Positions 52,850-64,000 of a DNA stretch of 64,000 bases are shown one piece after another. Within the stretch, counting starts at the first letter, position 1. Each line of letters opens with the position of its first letter. This DNA comes from Octopus vulgaris. Lineage: Eukaryota. The stretch covers positions 5,642,001 through 5,706,000 of the forward strand of contig OX597817.1 in NCBI GenBank assembly GCA_951406725.2. The letters run 5' to 3'. The position numbers and the translations under genes are program-made. The notes below the pieces were generated by a model, which saw only the letters and a program-made list of their open reading frames with translations, did not search any database and was not told the DNA's origin.

Positions 52850-53690
52850 CGTTATGTGCCTGAACATAGCCATTTCAAAGGAAATAATTCTGTCTTAGGG
52901 TTGTGATGATATGAGCTGAACTTTACGAGAGGACGGTACTCAACGGGTCTAAGCTTTGGGTGAATTTTGAAATGGATTCCAACATCATTAAACGATGGAA
53001 CATTTCTCCCACATACAAATGATATAGCGTTCTCGAGCCCATCCCAATAATCAAAGCTCAACATATCTATTGTTTCTAACTGACCTGAGGCGTTTCAGTT
53101 TTGTGGTACACTTCTTCGTACAGGCAGGTTAGAGTGGACAATACTATTCAAGGAGAAGACGGTCGATGATGGAGAAAAAAAGAATGATGATAGGTGCCTC
53201 CCTAAATAGGAACGTCCGAAGGACGGAGAGGCTCGTCCTACGGATCATGGCTCATTTGCTGTTTAATGGGAACTGCAGTTTGTCATCAATAGTTACTCCG
53301 TGGTTTCTAGCCCTAGGGATAGCTGTATGGTTGCTTAAGTGATTCTCTTTTTCAGAAGTATATTATTCAAATTTATCTTCGTTTAGCTGTGCATTGCGTT
53401 CTTTCACCTCTTGAGTAAACAGCGAGCAGGTCAGATGAGAGATATGACCGGATTCCTTCTTTGTTGACCCCTTCAAGAGCTTAGTCATGTGCGAAAATCC
53501 TTATGCTCTTGTGTCTGATGACACGTATGATGTAATCAAAGTAAATAATGAAGATAAGTGGGCCCAACATAGTGCCTTGTGGGACTCCACTAATGACTTT
53601 TGCTGAGCTTGATTGCACGCTATCGATCACCGTATACTGAATTCTGTTCATCGGGGAACACTCGTTCCGCTTGAATTATCTCCTGCAGAC
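52850..53690 (-). pseudogene. Decayed CR1/L2-like LINE reverse transcriptase
   Basis: VISGVPQGTMLGPLIFIIY...IRIFAHD (GVPQG and FADD motifs), QLNEDKFE, later FDYWDGLE. Confidence 0.8.
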
Positions 53691-53734
53691 TCCAGTTTCA
53701 CAATCACAAAAAAAAAAAAGAAAAGCAAAAATAT

Positions 53735-53910
53735 ATGACATGACAAACCTTGATTACTGGGATCGGATCATGGAGCTGAAACTCTGTTCCCTCTGGCACC
53801 ACTGTATGTGCTATATCTTTTGTATGATTCAAAAAATATATTCCATCAACCATGCCCCAATAGCATATTTGATCAATTACTCAGTTGATCACATATCATC
53901 TTGAGTAGAT
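53735..53910 (+). pseudogene. 3' fragment of a related LINE ORF2
   Basis: MTNLDYWDRIMELKLCSL..CMIQKI resembles LDYWDRLKKLKLYSLQRRRER. Confidence 0.55.
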
Positions 53911-54189
53911 TCTGTAACTCTAGCCAGATCTTCAGCTTGATAGTACTTTCCCCTCACCCCACCCTCGTGCAATCATCTCTTAGATGTATATGTCATGAGT
54001 ATTGCTCCACATCTTGACCATAGGTTAAGGTATATGCTTGTAGGAGATGTATGAAGCGTGGAATTTAATGCCTTAAGTTTCTGTACCGGTTATAAGAAGG
54101 CATTAGAACACCGCTGCATTGTTTCTTTTTTATATCGTCGCAATCTAAGCTTTCTGTATAAGATGTTCGTGTGTTTGTCCACTGTTTGT

Positions 54190-55150
54190 CTTCAGTGATT
54201 GCTTCAATGCGGTACTTGCGCTATATATTTCTTATTCACTTGAGACATCAGCTGGACAATCGTAGCTATCAGTGACGCTATAGAATTGTGAGGATGTTGA
54301 GTAGTCTTTCTTTCAGCATCGTCTCAAAATCAGGTATTCCGGGGAATTTAAATCTGGGGAGTTTGGAGGTCAGAAATTTGGTGTTCTATGATGGTAAAGA
54401 TTGTATGATATCCATTCTTCGGTTGCGTGGGCTTGTAAGAAGGCGATGAGTTTTGTTCAAACATCTATGACTACCTATTGCGTACTTCATCTGTCCGGGA
54501 CTTAATTATCTCCAGCATTTCAACTCACCCAGTAGCAATAATTCTAAGATCGTGTGGAAAGATATGAGATGGCATGATGTGCTCTTAGTTACCATTCCTA
54601 AAGCCACCACAGTTGCTAGAAACTTTGTGTGTATTACTATCGAGCAGTGGAAGGATCTGTACAGCCTATGTCATTTCCCCAATTAGACTTCTTGTTTTGG
54701 TAGAAGTTTATATTATGAAGTAAGACCTAAAGCCTACAAGGTTTGTTAGCGTTTTTAGCCCTAAGTAACCGCTTGGCACGGATAAAACACTTTATGTCTC
54801 TCTTCAGCACATAAGACTTGTATCTTATGTCCTCGTGCACCACAGCTCTGGTAGTTCACTCCAGCAGCTGAATTTCTTTGGCGATGGTTCTTATTGATTC
54901 TCATCGACGGTAGTTTGACCCCGTTGAAAGAATTGTGGTGCTTTGTTATTGATTACAATGTTCTTTTCTCTCTTTCATATACTGGAAATATTCCTGCCAG
55001 AGGTTTCCAATGTTCCATCTGAACTCTGTATTCAAAAGATCTTGCAACATTTATAAAGTTCGCATTTTGCAAAGAGCTATATTCCGCACATACAATAACT
55101 GCATGTCTTTTTAATTCTTGCATTAGCATTTTCTCAGCAAGAATCATCTG
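54190..55150 (-). pseudogene. Decayed Tc1/mariner-superfamily (maT/DD37D-like) transposase
   Basis: ELKRHAVIV..VARSFEYRV N-terminus; HTKFLATVVALG..HIMPSHIFP; FEQNSSPSYK; PNF*PPNSPDLN. Confidence 0.8.
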
Positions 55151-55556
55151 AAAGGAACAAAAACCTTTTAATTGGTTTGAAGGGAGTAATATACTGATAA
55201 TTGTCCTTAAATACCCTCACACCCTCTGTGTGTATGTGTGTGTGTGCGTGTCTGCGTGCGTGCGTAGCTACTCATTGCGGACATGTGGAGGCATATATAT
55301 GTATTCATTCATAACACATCCAAACTTTCACAGGTATGTAAGAATCACTGCGATATTATTACATCTGGCAGCAATTTTCAGCTGCGTTTAGTTAAATAAT
55401 CCACATACCATATCTAATAATATATATTTCGTTTCTTGCTCGCATACCATTGACTAAACGTTTTCTTTTTTCTTTACAAGACTCCCTACTACTAGTTTTC
55501 ATTCATCGACTCTAAACTTTTGCATATCATTGTTGTTATTGTTGTTGTTATTATTC

Positions 55557-55990
55557 AAGGCGTCTAGCTGGCATAATTGTTAGCGCGTCAGACAAAATCC
55601 TTTGCAGCATTTCTTCCAGCTCTTTTTGTTCTGAGATCAAATTCCACCGATATCGAATTCGCCTTTCGTTTTTTTCGTGCTCACTGAAATAAGTACCAGT
55701 TGAGCACGGGGGTCGATTTAGTCAACTAGCACCCTCCCTTCAAAATTTCAGGCCTTGTGCCTTTCGTGGAAAGGATATTTATTCCTGTCAAAACGGCGAA
55801 GAGCAGAATCGTAATCTCACCAGAAGAAATGCTTTGCAAAATTACTTCCAGCTTTTTACTTTCTGATATCAGATGCCATCGGGCACTATTTTACATTTTA
55901 CCCTTTCGGGATCGATTAATTAAGCATCATTTAAACACTGTGCTCAATGTACTTGAGTAATTGCCTGCTACTAAAATTGCTGGCTGTGTG
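55557..55990 (+). mobile_element. Two degenerate SINE family A2 copies
   Basis: gttctgagatcaaattcc...aagtaccagttgagcac...caaaatttcaggccttgtgcc. Confidence 0.65.
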
Positions 55991-56549
55991 CCGTAATTAG
56001 AAACTGGTATTATTGTTATCATGAGACGTGTACTCCATGAAACGAAGGGACGAAAGCTTTTCAATGGGTTTGAGTGTAGGGATGCAAGATGACAACGAAG
56101 TCACAAATTCGTTTCTTTGGCTGACCGTGATGGATGCAGATATGTGCAATTTATTAGTAGTCCTTTGCTCAACTGTTCGGGGAAAATGGTTAGCCGGAAA
56201 GCAGTATGGATTACACTGGTTACCTATATGACTTACTGCGACTCCTGGTAACATCATCGCTGTATTGCCAAATGCTGAAAATACAGGGAGTAATGATTGG
56301 CTGTAAAAATTGCCTACTTTGAATGGTTTCAAGATTATTTTTGTATACCAGACTACTTTAATGACATATTAAGAGTTATATAGATAGACTGGCAGCAGAA
56401 CAGGAAATTCCAAGATCTGTGAGTTGAGAATTAATGAAGCTCCTGTGAAATTATCCAATCCTGAAATATCCAGGACAAACTCCACCTTATCTGTAAGAAA
56501 GTTGGCTCAGATAGAAGCTTACCACCTTACATGAATCGAGAGCTTTCTA

Positions 56550-57110
56550 TAGGGTCCGTCACTGATAATGCGTGACTGTTCTCATGGTAGCCGATTTCGG
56601 TTCCATCTTCCGCAATTTGAATGTTTTAATTTACAGTGACATCTGTTTAGTGGTTAGTGTAATTTGCCATGTATGAGAACCATTCAGCATGAAGCTCTCA
56701 TTCCGTCAAGTCTGTCCACTCTCAGTTCTTCTGTATGAATTGACTCTTGAGTTGCTACTACGGAAACTAGAATGAAGCCCATCGAGGTGATCAGCGCTGC
56801 TCTAAGCGGTGACACACGCAAAATCAACCAAGAAGAATCAGTGCGGCACTTCTCGATATCTGGAGAAACAGATAGATGTCGTGTAACAACGACATGGGGT
56901 GCTGGACGGACTAATTAAATTGCTTGGGTTCTGGTGTGGCCCTGATCTTCAAGTGAGAAAGAAGTGGGATGGGGTGACATATAGGGAGAACAATCTCACT
57001 AAGGATATAGTGACGAATAGGGAGGACAAGTTCACTCAGAAACTGAGTGGGAGCTCTCCTTACAACGTCGAACATTTACATCGCATCCATTTTTAATTTA
57101 CCGTATGACC
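56550..57110 (+). pseudogene. Decayed L1/Tx1-like LINE reverse transcriptase fragment
   Basis: SFRQVCPLSVLLYELTLELLLRKLE (cf. xRQGCPLSPLLY..ALEPLL) and DGLIKLLGFWCGPDLQ. Confidence 0.6.
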
Positions 57111-58543
57111 GGCGCATTTGTAGTGAGCTTTTAATAGTACGTTTCTTTGCTACTCTTTGACACATAAATACTTTTTATTCCTGTAAATCGATGCAGTGCA
57201 AGAAAATGCCCGTACATTGTCGAAGGTTTTGATTTTCTGCACGGAAATATATATATAGGGCTCTCTATATCGACGGGAATAAGGAAGGGAAACGAATATT
57301 ATTACGATATTATTATATACTCATACATGTAACACACACGCACACACACAGTTTCATAATGATAGCAGATGTTAATACTAAAGCGTAGATTCAGTAGAAA
57401 ACTGGTCAAAATACCTGCAATATTTGATTCTGTCTCTTTACATTCCAATTTCAACTTTTCGTCTCAAAACATCTTCGCCTGTTCTTTGCACCAACTTCAA
57501 ATAAATGCCTAGAAATTAGTAGAGGTTGTACAATCTAATGTATTCTTGTGCTGTCAATTTGTATCTTCGTATGAGTGAGAAATTTGCTTTAAATATTAAT
57601 GACAGGCAAAGGAGACTAGACGTCAGCAGTTAGACTTAACAAGCTTTTGCAAGAAATTTTGTCCAAACTTTACTCGTAATATTGATATTATTTTTGTCTG
57701 CGCTATATTCATCGTCGTAGGATTCAATATCATTTTCAAAGTTCTGTTTCCTTAGGTTTCACTAATGCTTTATTTTTCGATGCAAATTCCTATGACATCA
57801 GTGTCTTTGTGGTATTTTGTGATACGAGAACGTGTACAAGATCCTAGTATTAGAAAATTGCGTGCATTTCTCGTTAGTCTTAGCCAAAATGTGAGGCATG
57901 TTAACTTGACGTAAAAAGATGAAATATCAAACGACTTCAGCTGTATCTTCCATCGCAGATGGAACAGATATCAGTATTGAATTTTTTTCTCTATTGACTT
58001 CTGACACTACAAAAGAACAGGAGCTACCTCAGTTTCTGATAGACATAGTAGCTACATGTCTTCAAGTTTGGATACTAGTTGAGTGCACACTTTTATCTCA
58101 TTTCGCATATCGTGTTTCTCTGTATGCTGATAGAGAACCTGTGTGCACCTGGGAGTGTGTGCGTTTCAAACTTTGTGAGGGCAAGTGCGTACAATTTTCT
58201 GTTCTTAGTGTGTACTATGTACGTTTCTCTGTGTATGCACACACACACACACATTTGCATGCACACACGCACACACACACGCACACATATGCACCGGTGT
58301 AACCGCACATTTAGCAAATTGCTCTTTTTCTATTCAACTCTCTTCGTTTGACCTGGTCTTTCTAGCAAGAAGAAAAAATGGTAAGCCCTCATTCAGCGGG
58401 GGCATTGCTACAACATATCTGCTAACAAAGTCTCTTATCTTCGTACCATTTCTAGCAGCAATTACTCGTATGAGCCTACGAAAGAGTTACTGCAGTGCCA
58501 CTTCAGTATAATCTACGTTCTTTCTATCTAACTGATGTATATG

Positions 58544-58772
58544 CTCTTTCATTCTTTTATTTATTTCCGTCATTTGGCAGCGGCTATGCTGGAGCACCGC
58601 CTTGAAGGGTTTTAGTTGAACAAATCGACCCCAGGAACTATTTTCCAAGCATAGCACTTATTCCATCGGCCTTCCTCGCGTAAACCGCTAAGTCACGGGG
58701 ACGCAAACACAACAACGCCGGTTGTCAAGTGGTGATGAGGGATAAACACATATGCACACACACACACACATG

Positions 58773-58820
<48 letters not shown>

Positions 58821-58965
58821 ACGGCTTTCTTTCAGCTTCCATCTACTACATTCACCCACAAGGTTTTGGTTGGCCTGAAGCTATAGTAGAAGACAATTGT
58901 CCATGGTGCTACTCAGTAGGACTGAACTCAGAACCATGTGGTTGGAAGCAATTTTCTTATCACAC
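58544..58965 (-). mobile_element. SINE family C, diverged full length
   Basis: Reverse complement of 35320-35734 with internal (CA)n. Confidence 0.8.
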
Positions 58966-59598
58966 TGATATTTTCTTATTGTCCATCTCTTGTGAATGGT
59001 GAGGCGAGACGTTTCTCTTCCGTTTTTATATAACTATGAACAAATTTCCTGTTTTTACAACTCCTGTTATTTCTGATCAAAATGAACAGTTTTTACTAAA
59101 AATCCCTGAATATACCAGCTGAATCTGAATTTTAGTATTACTCAAGAGATTACGCTATGAGGATCGATGACTTAATGCAAATCTGTTGACTGAAGAATTA
59201 ATTCTATTTTTCTAATGTTAATTATTATTCTCCACTTTAAGTTTGAATTCCACCTGTATTATTAATAATTTGTACCTTTCGTCATTTCAGACCCCGGGAA
59301 ATTAAATAGCAGCTGTTATTTACAATATAGTCAACTCTTGTAATTTATTCACATCACTAAGCAGTGCTTTGTATCTGCTGTGTGAATATTCCAATTAAAA
59401 ATCTCTCCAAATTGAGTAGGGGCAATTATTTTCTTATATCAATTACACCATTAATTAAGTGCCTGGTTAGGTTTCACAAATTTTGTATCATATGCTGCAT
59501 TTTTGCTCAACAAATGTATACATTTCAATTTCTTTGGATGGATGATGACAATCTATTGAAATTGCTAAAGTTGTTTTCAGTGTGTCTTAGAGCACGCA

Positions 59599-59637
<39 letters not shown>

Positions 59638-60010
59638 TGTGTATGTATGTAGGTGCGGAATGCCCTGTCCCCTATTCCTACATGCATCTACGTGTGTACA
59701 TATTACGAGTGTACAGATTAACTGTTTACAATGACGAGGTGTAAGAGTACCTATATACAGGTGTTTCTGTTTCTTTTACAGGTAATATGTTCTGGCTATG
59801 CTAACGATGCTCAGCTTTTAAATTGTATATCATACATAAATATAAATGGGTGTCATGGATTCTACTAGTGTCAGCGTAAATACTTAGTGATTAATAATGG
59901 TGTGCTTAGCTTGACTTACTGAGATCAAATTCACCTACGGATATTTCTGCAAAAATTTTCTCAGAGACAGTATATGAATATTCAATATGTCTTACAGTTG
60001 ACGGACAGAT

Positions 60011-60561
60011 ATATTATATAAGAGTAAAACACCCCCCGTCCAATGGACCGTGCTGAATCATATCTGCTGAATAAAAAGCAATGTTTTCTTTTCATTAAAA
60101 AATAATTAAGCATGCCTTTATTTCAATAAAATTTTTCGTGTTGTTAAACGAAGTTAAAGCAAAAAACAAAGTTTCTTGAGAAACCAAGTAGTCTTTCCTT
60201 CCTTCATGCCAATTTTGAAGAAAATATCTCTTTTGCATCTTACTTTTTTGGTCTCTTAAATATACTGCATTTTATGGCATTATTTCTAGCCAGCCAGCTT
60301 TTTTTGCGCAAGCTGCACGTGCATTTTTCTCGCGTGTGCGTAGTATCGATCGCAACAGCTGATGCACTTGTGCGTACAAATGCACGTTCCCACGGCTTTA
60401 TCAATCGCATTCTCACCTGGAATCGATTTTTCTAATTTTTCAAGACTTATACACGCCCTGATACCATCGGTATCTACATATCAAATTTGAGCGCAATCGG
60501 ATGGAGGATGTCCGAGATCCTAGAACACACACACACACAACGAATTTTATATAATACATAT
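60011..60561. mobile_element. Possible Helentron/HINE-like non-autonomous element
   Basis: Small hairpin gtcca-a-tggac near the left end; right end caaatttgagcgcaatcgg...(CA)n...ttttatata. Confidence 0.45.
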
Positions 60562-60598
60562 GCGTACACACACGCGTACGCACGTACACCACACTCTA

Positions 60599-60629
<31 letters not shown>

Positions 60630-60803
60630 TACGCACACAGACGCATAGATATATATTTGTATATTGGCACGCGCATTCATACAACCCTTGCCTTCTGTTT
60701 CATGGTTAATGAAAGAGAAATTTTAAGGAAATTTACTGTTTTGTCTAAAACACACTTTTGATTACTTAGGAGTCGGTATCTATATATATATATATAGTCG
60801 GTA

Positions 60804-61413
60804 TCTATATATATATATATATATATATAAGATTGAGAGTGTCTGTCTGTCTGTACGTATATCTGCATAACTAAAACTCGAGATCTACCCAACGGATTTC
60901 ATTCAAATTTAACTAGTGTCCATGCAGAGTCATGGGCTAAAAAAAATAATAATTCAACATCTTGCCTAAAACGAGAACTGGAGCAATCTCTTCTCTCTTA
61001 CACTGCTTCCGTATGAAAGGCGAAAAGTGAAACATTATGTATCTATATATATATATTAGTTTCATTTCTCTTACTTTCAATATGTATTTATATACGTGTT
61101 TGTATACGTATGTATGTATATATAAATATATATATGTATGTGTGTGTATATTTATATGTATATGTATATGTATATGTGTATATATGTATATATTTATACG
61201 TATATATATATATATAGGTATATATGTATATATTTATACGTATATATATATATATATATATATATAGGTATATATATACATATTTATATATGTATATATA
61301 GATACATATTTATATATGTATATATATATACATATTTATATATATATATATACATATTTATATATATATATAGATACATATTTATATATATATATATATA
61401 CATATTTATATAT

Positions 61414-61445
<32 letters not shown>

Positions 61446-61577
61446 CATATTTATATACGTATATATAAATGCATATTTATATATGTATATATATATATGC
61501 ATATTTATATATGTATATATATATATATATGCATATTTATATATGTATATATATATATGCATATTTATATACGTATG

Positions 61578-61608
<31 letters not shown>

Positions 61609-61610
61609 CA

Positions 61611-61658
<48 letters not shown>

Positions 61659-61665
61659 TATTTAT

Positions 61666-61700
<35 letters not shown>

Positions 61701-61740
61701 CACATATGTATATATATATATATATATATACACATATATG

Positions 61741-61805
<65 letters not shown>

Positions 61806-61951
61806 CAGGCTAACAAATAACAAAGCCTGATGTCCATTTTTCGACCTAATGCCATGCTCTAGCATGGCCTTTGTCACATGACTAAAAGAAGTAAACAAAA
61901 ATACAAACCTATGCCATTTTATCCCGGTGCAAGGCCGGGTATCTCTGCTAG
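60804..61951 (+). mobile_element. Non-autonomous Helitron carrying a ~750-bp AT-rich microsatellite
   Basis: 5' a|TCTATATA..(TCTG)n; 3' hairpin CCCGG tgcaagg CCGGG then CTAG|t at 61948-61952. Confidence 0.75.
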
Positions 61952-62409
61952 TCATAAATCTTTATTACAACATCGGAGTTCTGTGAAATTCCTTCAAAAA
62001 CCATTCCTGTAGCCAGCATCAGTACATGATTGGACATATTTGACTTGATTTTGTTCCTAATTATCACTGAAAAAGTAAAACTTAAATCCCATTTCCCAAA
62101 CTGGAACAAACGATCACGTGACTTGAATTGAAGTTGTACCACTTTCTAGCGGTGATAACATTTTTTTTCAACATCACAATCGTATGTATGCTTTAAATTA
62201 ACACTATATATATTGCACACGTCACATATTCTTTCTTTCATACATAACGTAAAACCAGATCAATTAGATAATAAAATTCATTCATCCACCTTCTTTGCTC
62301 CCAGAAGTAAAAGAAAAAGATACCTTATCAATGCCACTATTTCCGGTAGCACTGGTCGTGCTGTCTTCATAGCTGTGTAAAATAACACATAGCAAGCTGC
62401 CACACACCC

Positions 62410-62440
<31 letters not shown>

Positions 62441-62880
62441 GAGTGAGAGAGCAGTTCATGCCATCAAAGTGACACTGGGGTAAAATATACGAAGCCCAAT
62501 ATACCCATCATGACTACCCGTCTGATAAAGGTACACCAGGCACATGCATCACAACCATATGTGCGCGACATGGTGATCTCATATCAAGATAAACAACACA
62601 TGACCTTGCAGGTGGACCCAGTTAGAATTTTCTTCAGGTTGAGTAGCCCATCCCGCTCAAAAGGTCCCTGAATAAGGGTTGTTTAAGGATGTTGAAAGAA
62701 CCACCCATGTTTCCAGAGGTGAACTATTCAAACCCCAAAGCATCCCTCTCAACACATGGCTATGATGCTCCCCCACTACTTCTGCTCGTGATCAGAGATG
62801 CACATATCGTCAGCCACTAAGGGACATGCTCAACTGGTTAAGGTCAAACAACTGACAAGCAAATCTGTGGTATTCAGCAA
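62441..62880. mobile_element. Non-coding element inserted in (ATT)n
   Basis: GC-richer block bounded exactly by (ATT)n on both sides; possibly the 3' UTR of a microsatellite-targeting LINE. Confidence 0.5.
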
Positions 62881-62886
62881 TTATTA

Positions 62887-62935
<49 letters not shown>

Positions 62936-62936
62936 T

Positions 62937-63198
62937 TCCTTCTTTCTTCAAATTTTCTTCCGTTTCTCGCTGACTGTTTTCCGTACACCTAGGGCAGAGA
63001 AGCTCATTGTATGCATTCCCAGATTTGCACACGCAAATTCACAGGTAAAAATATGTATTTAAAAAAAATTAATAAATAAATAAATTCATGAATGGATGTT
63101 GTTTTCACAGCGATAATGCTCTTCTCAGTACATGAGCCGTTCCAGTTAACACGATTTTTTTGCACTTCCCGTATCATTTTCAAATAGGTTTCAGTACC

Positions 63199-63200
<2 letters not shown>
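62937..63200 (-). pseudogene. R4/Dong-like non-LTR retrotransposon 3' end in (TAA)n
   Basis: Minus strand GTETYLKMIREVQK.IVLTGTAHVLRRALSL* resembles the QKxxLLGTAHILR C-terminus of the REL-endonuclease ORF; flanked by (TAA)n. Confidence 0.7.
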
Positions 63201-63289
<89 letters not shown>

Positions 63290-63876
63290 CATCATGAGAT
63301 ATATGAGGCATGTAAAAGAATTTTAATACCTGACAGTATTGTGTTTTTCCCTTTCGATAGTCGACTCGAAATAAAGAAAGGATTTTAATCATTCTCAGCG
63401 TTGTACGTCTTCCCTTTAACTCAACGTTAACGTTATATTTTCTACCGTTGCCTACAAAACTTTATACTTTATACGTAACTCGTATTTTGACGCAACTTTT
63501 CAATCTCACTTTTTTACAAATCTTTTCAAAACGATGGTGTTTTCTCTCTCCAGTGTGATCCTCAAAATTGTCTCACTTTCACCCACAGACCCAACGGCTA
63601 AAAGCTAATAGAAACAATCGTAATAGCGCCACCTTCATCCCTCTAAGTTCCTTATGTTCTGCTTTCTTTACATTTGTAATCTGTTCGTGGAATAACCTAC
63701 TTTGCAAACATTTATTACTGCTTAGATTCCTGTGTAGATTATACTAATCTCCAAGTCTCATAAATCCCCCAAATGTGGTCACTTTACGCAATGTTTTTCA
63801 ATGGATAGATCCCTTGCAAACGGTTTTATTTTGAAACCTGATAATTTAATTCTATCCAATAGTTCCCTACTTATAA

Positions 63877-64000
63877 TATTGGGTTGTCCGGAAAGTTCGT
63901 GCTGAGTTTTAAAGGAAAGAAAAAAGGTCAAATACTTGCCATTACATTTTAATCAACCAATACGTCTCCATCTTTCCTTTAACTTGAAAACCATCTTCCC
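63877..64000 (-). mobile_element. Mariner 3' end, truncated by the window
   Basis: TA-TTGGGTTGTCCGGAAAGTTC TIR-like end; minus strand FKLKERWRRI..NGKY. Confidence 0.65.

Noticed and set aside
52850-53910. Single LINE with a 5' inversion
   Set aside because: Both orientations contain the same DYWD segment and are diverged, so two separate fragments are more likely.
54953-55165. Minus-strand splice acceptor plus 64-aa ORF as a host exon
   Set aside because: The peptide is the N-terminus of the decayed transposase at 54190-55150.
62180-62400. Minus-strand mini-exon or integrase zinc-finger-like peptide (HD..SATGNSGIDK..CDVCN)
   Set aside because: Needs several frameshifts; too weak to support.

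Overview
Eukaryotic, AT-rich, microsatellite- and transposon-saturated non-coding DNA. The SINE and MITE families resemble, from memory, those of Octopus/coleoid cephalopods (unverified). I find no intact protein-coding gene, rRNA, true tRNA or CRISPR array, and almost all ORFs in the track are microsatellite or repeat translations. The window contains four recurring tRNA-derived SINE families and decayed mariner, Tc1 and maT-like transposases. It also holds MITEs, non-autonomous Helitrons, a Helitron PIF1-helicase remnant, and LINE fragments (CR1-like, RTE-like, Tx1/L1-like, R4/Dong-like). The most interesting signal is a recurring set of short (TA)n-anchored elements, often palindromic, carrying hammerhead ribozyme (HHR) folds. 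These include a complete type I HHR on both arms of a perfect 242-bp inverted repeat (12013-12566) and a minimal HHR with an intact core (21351-21385). Four related copies have a compensatory stem I but an altered core, and several other examples are decayed. This fits a Penelope-like pseudo-LTR or retrozyme system. Candidate plus-strand AG|GT recursive splice sites (best at 39032) suggest the window may lie in a very long intron. All alignments and folds were done by eye, and boundaries of decayed elements are approximate.
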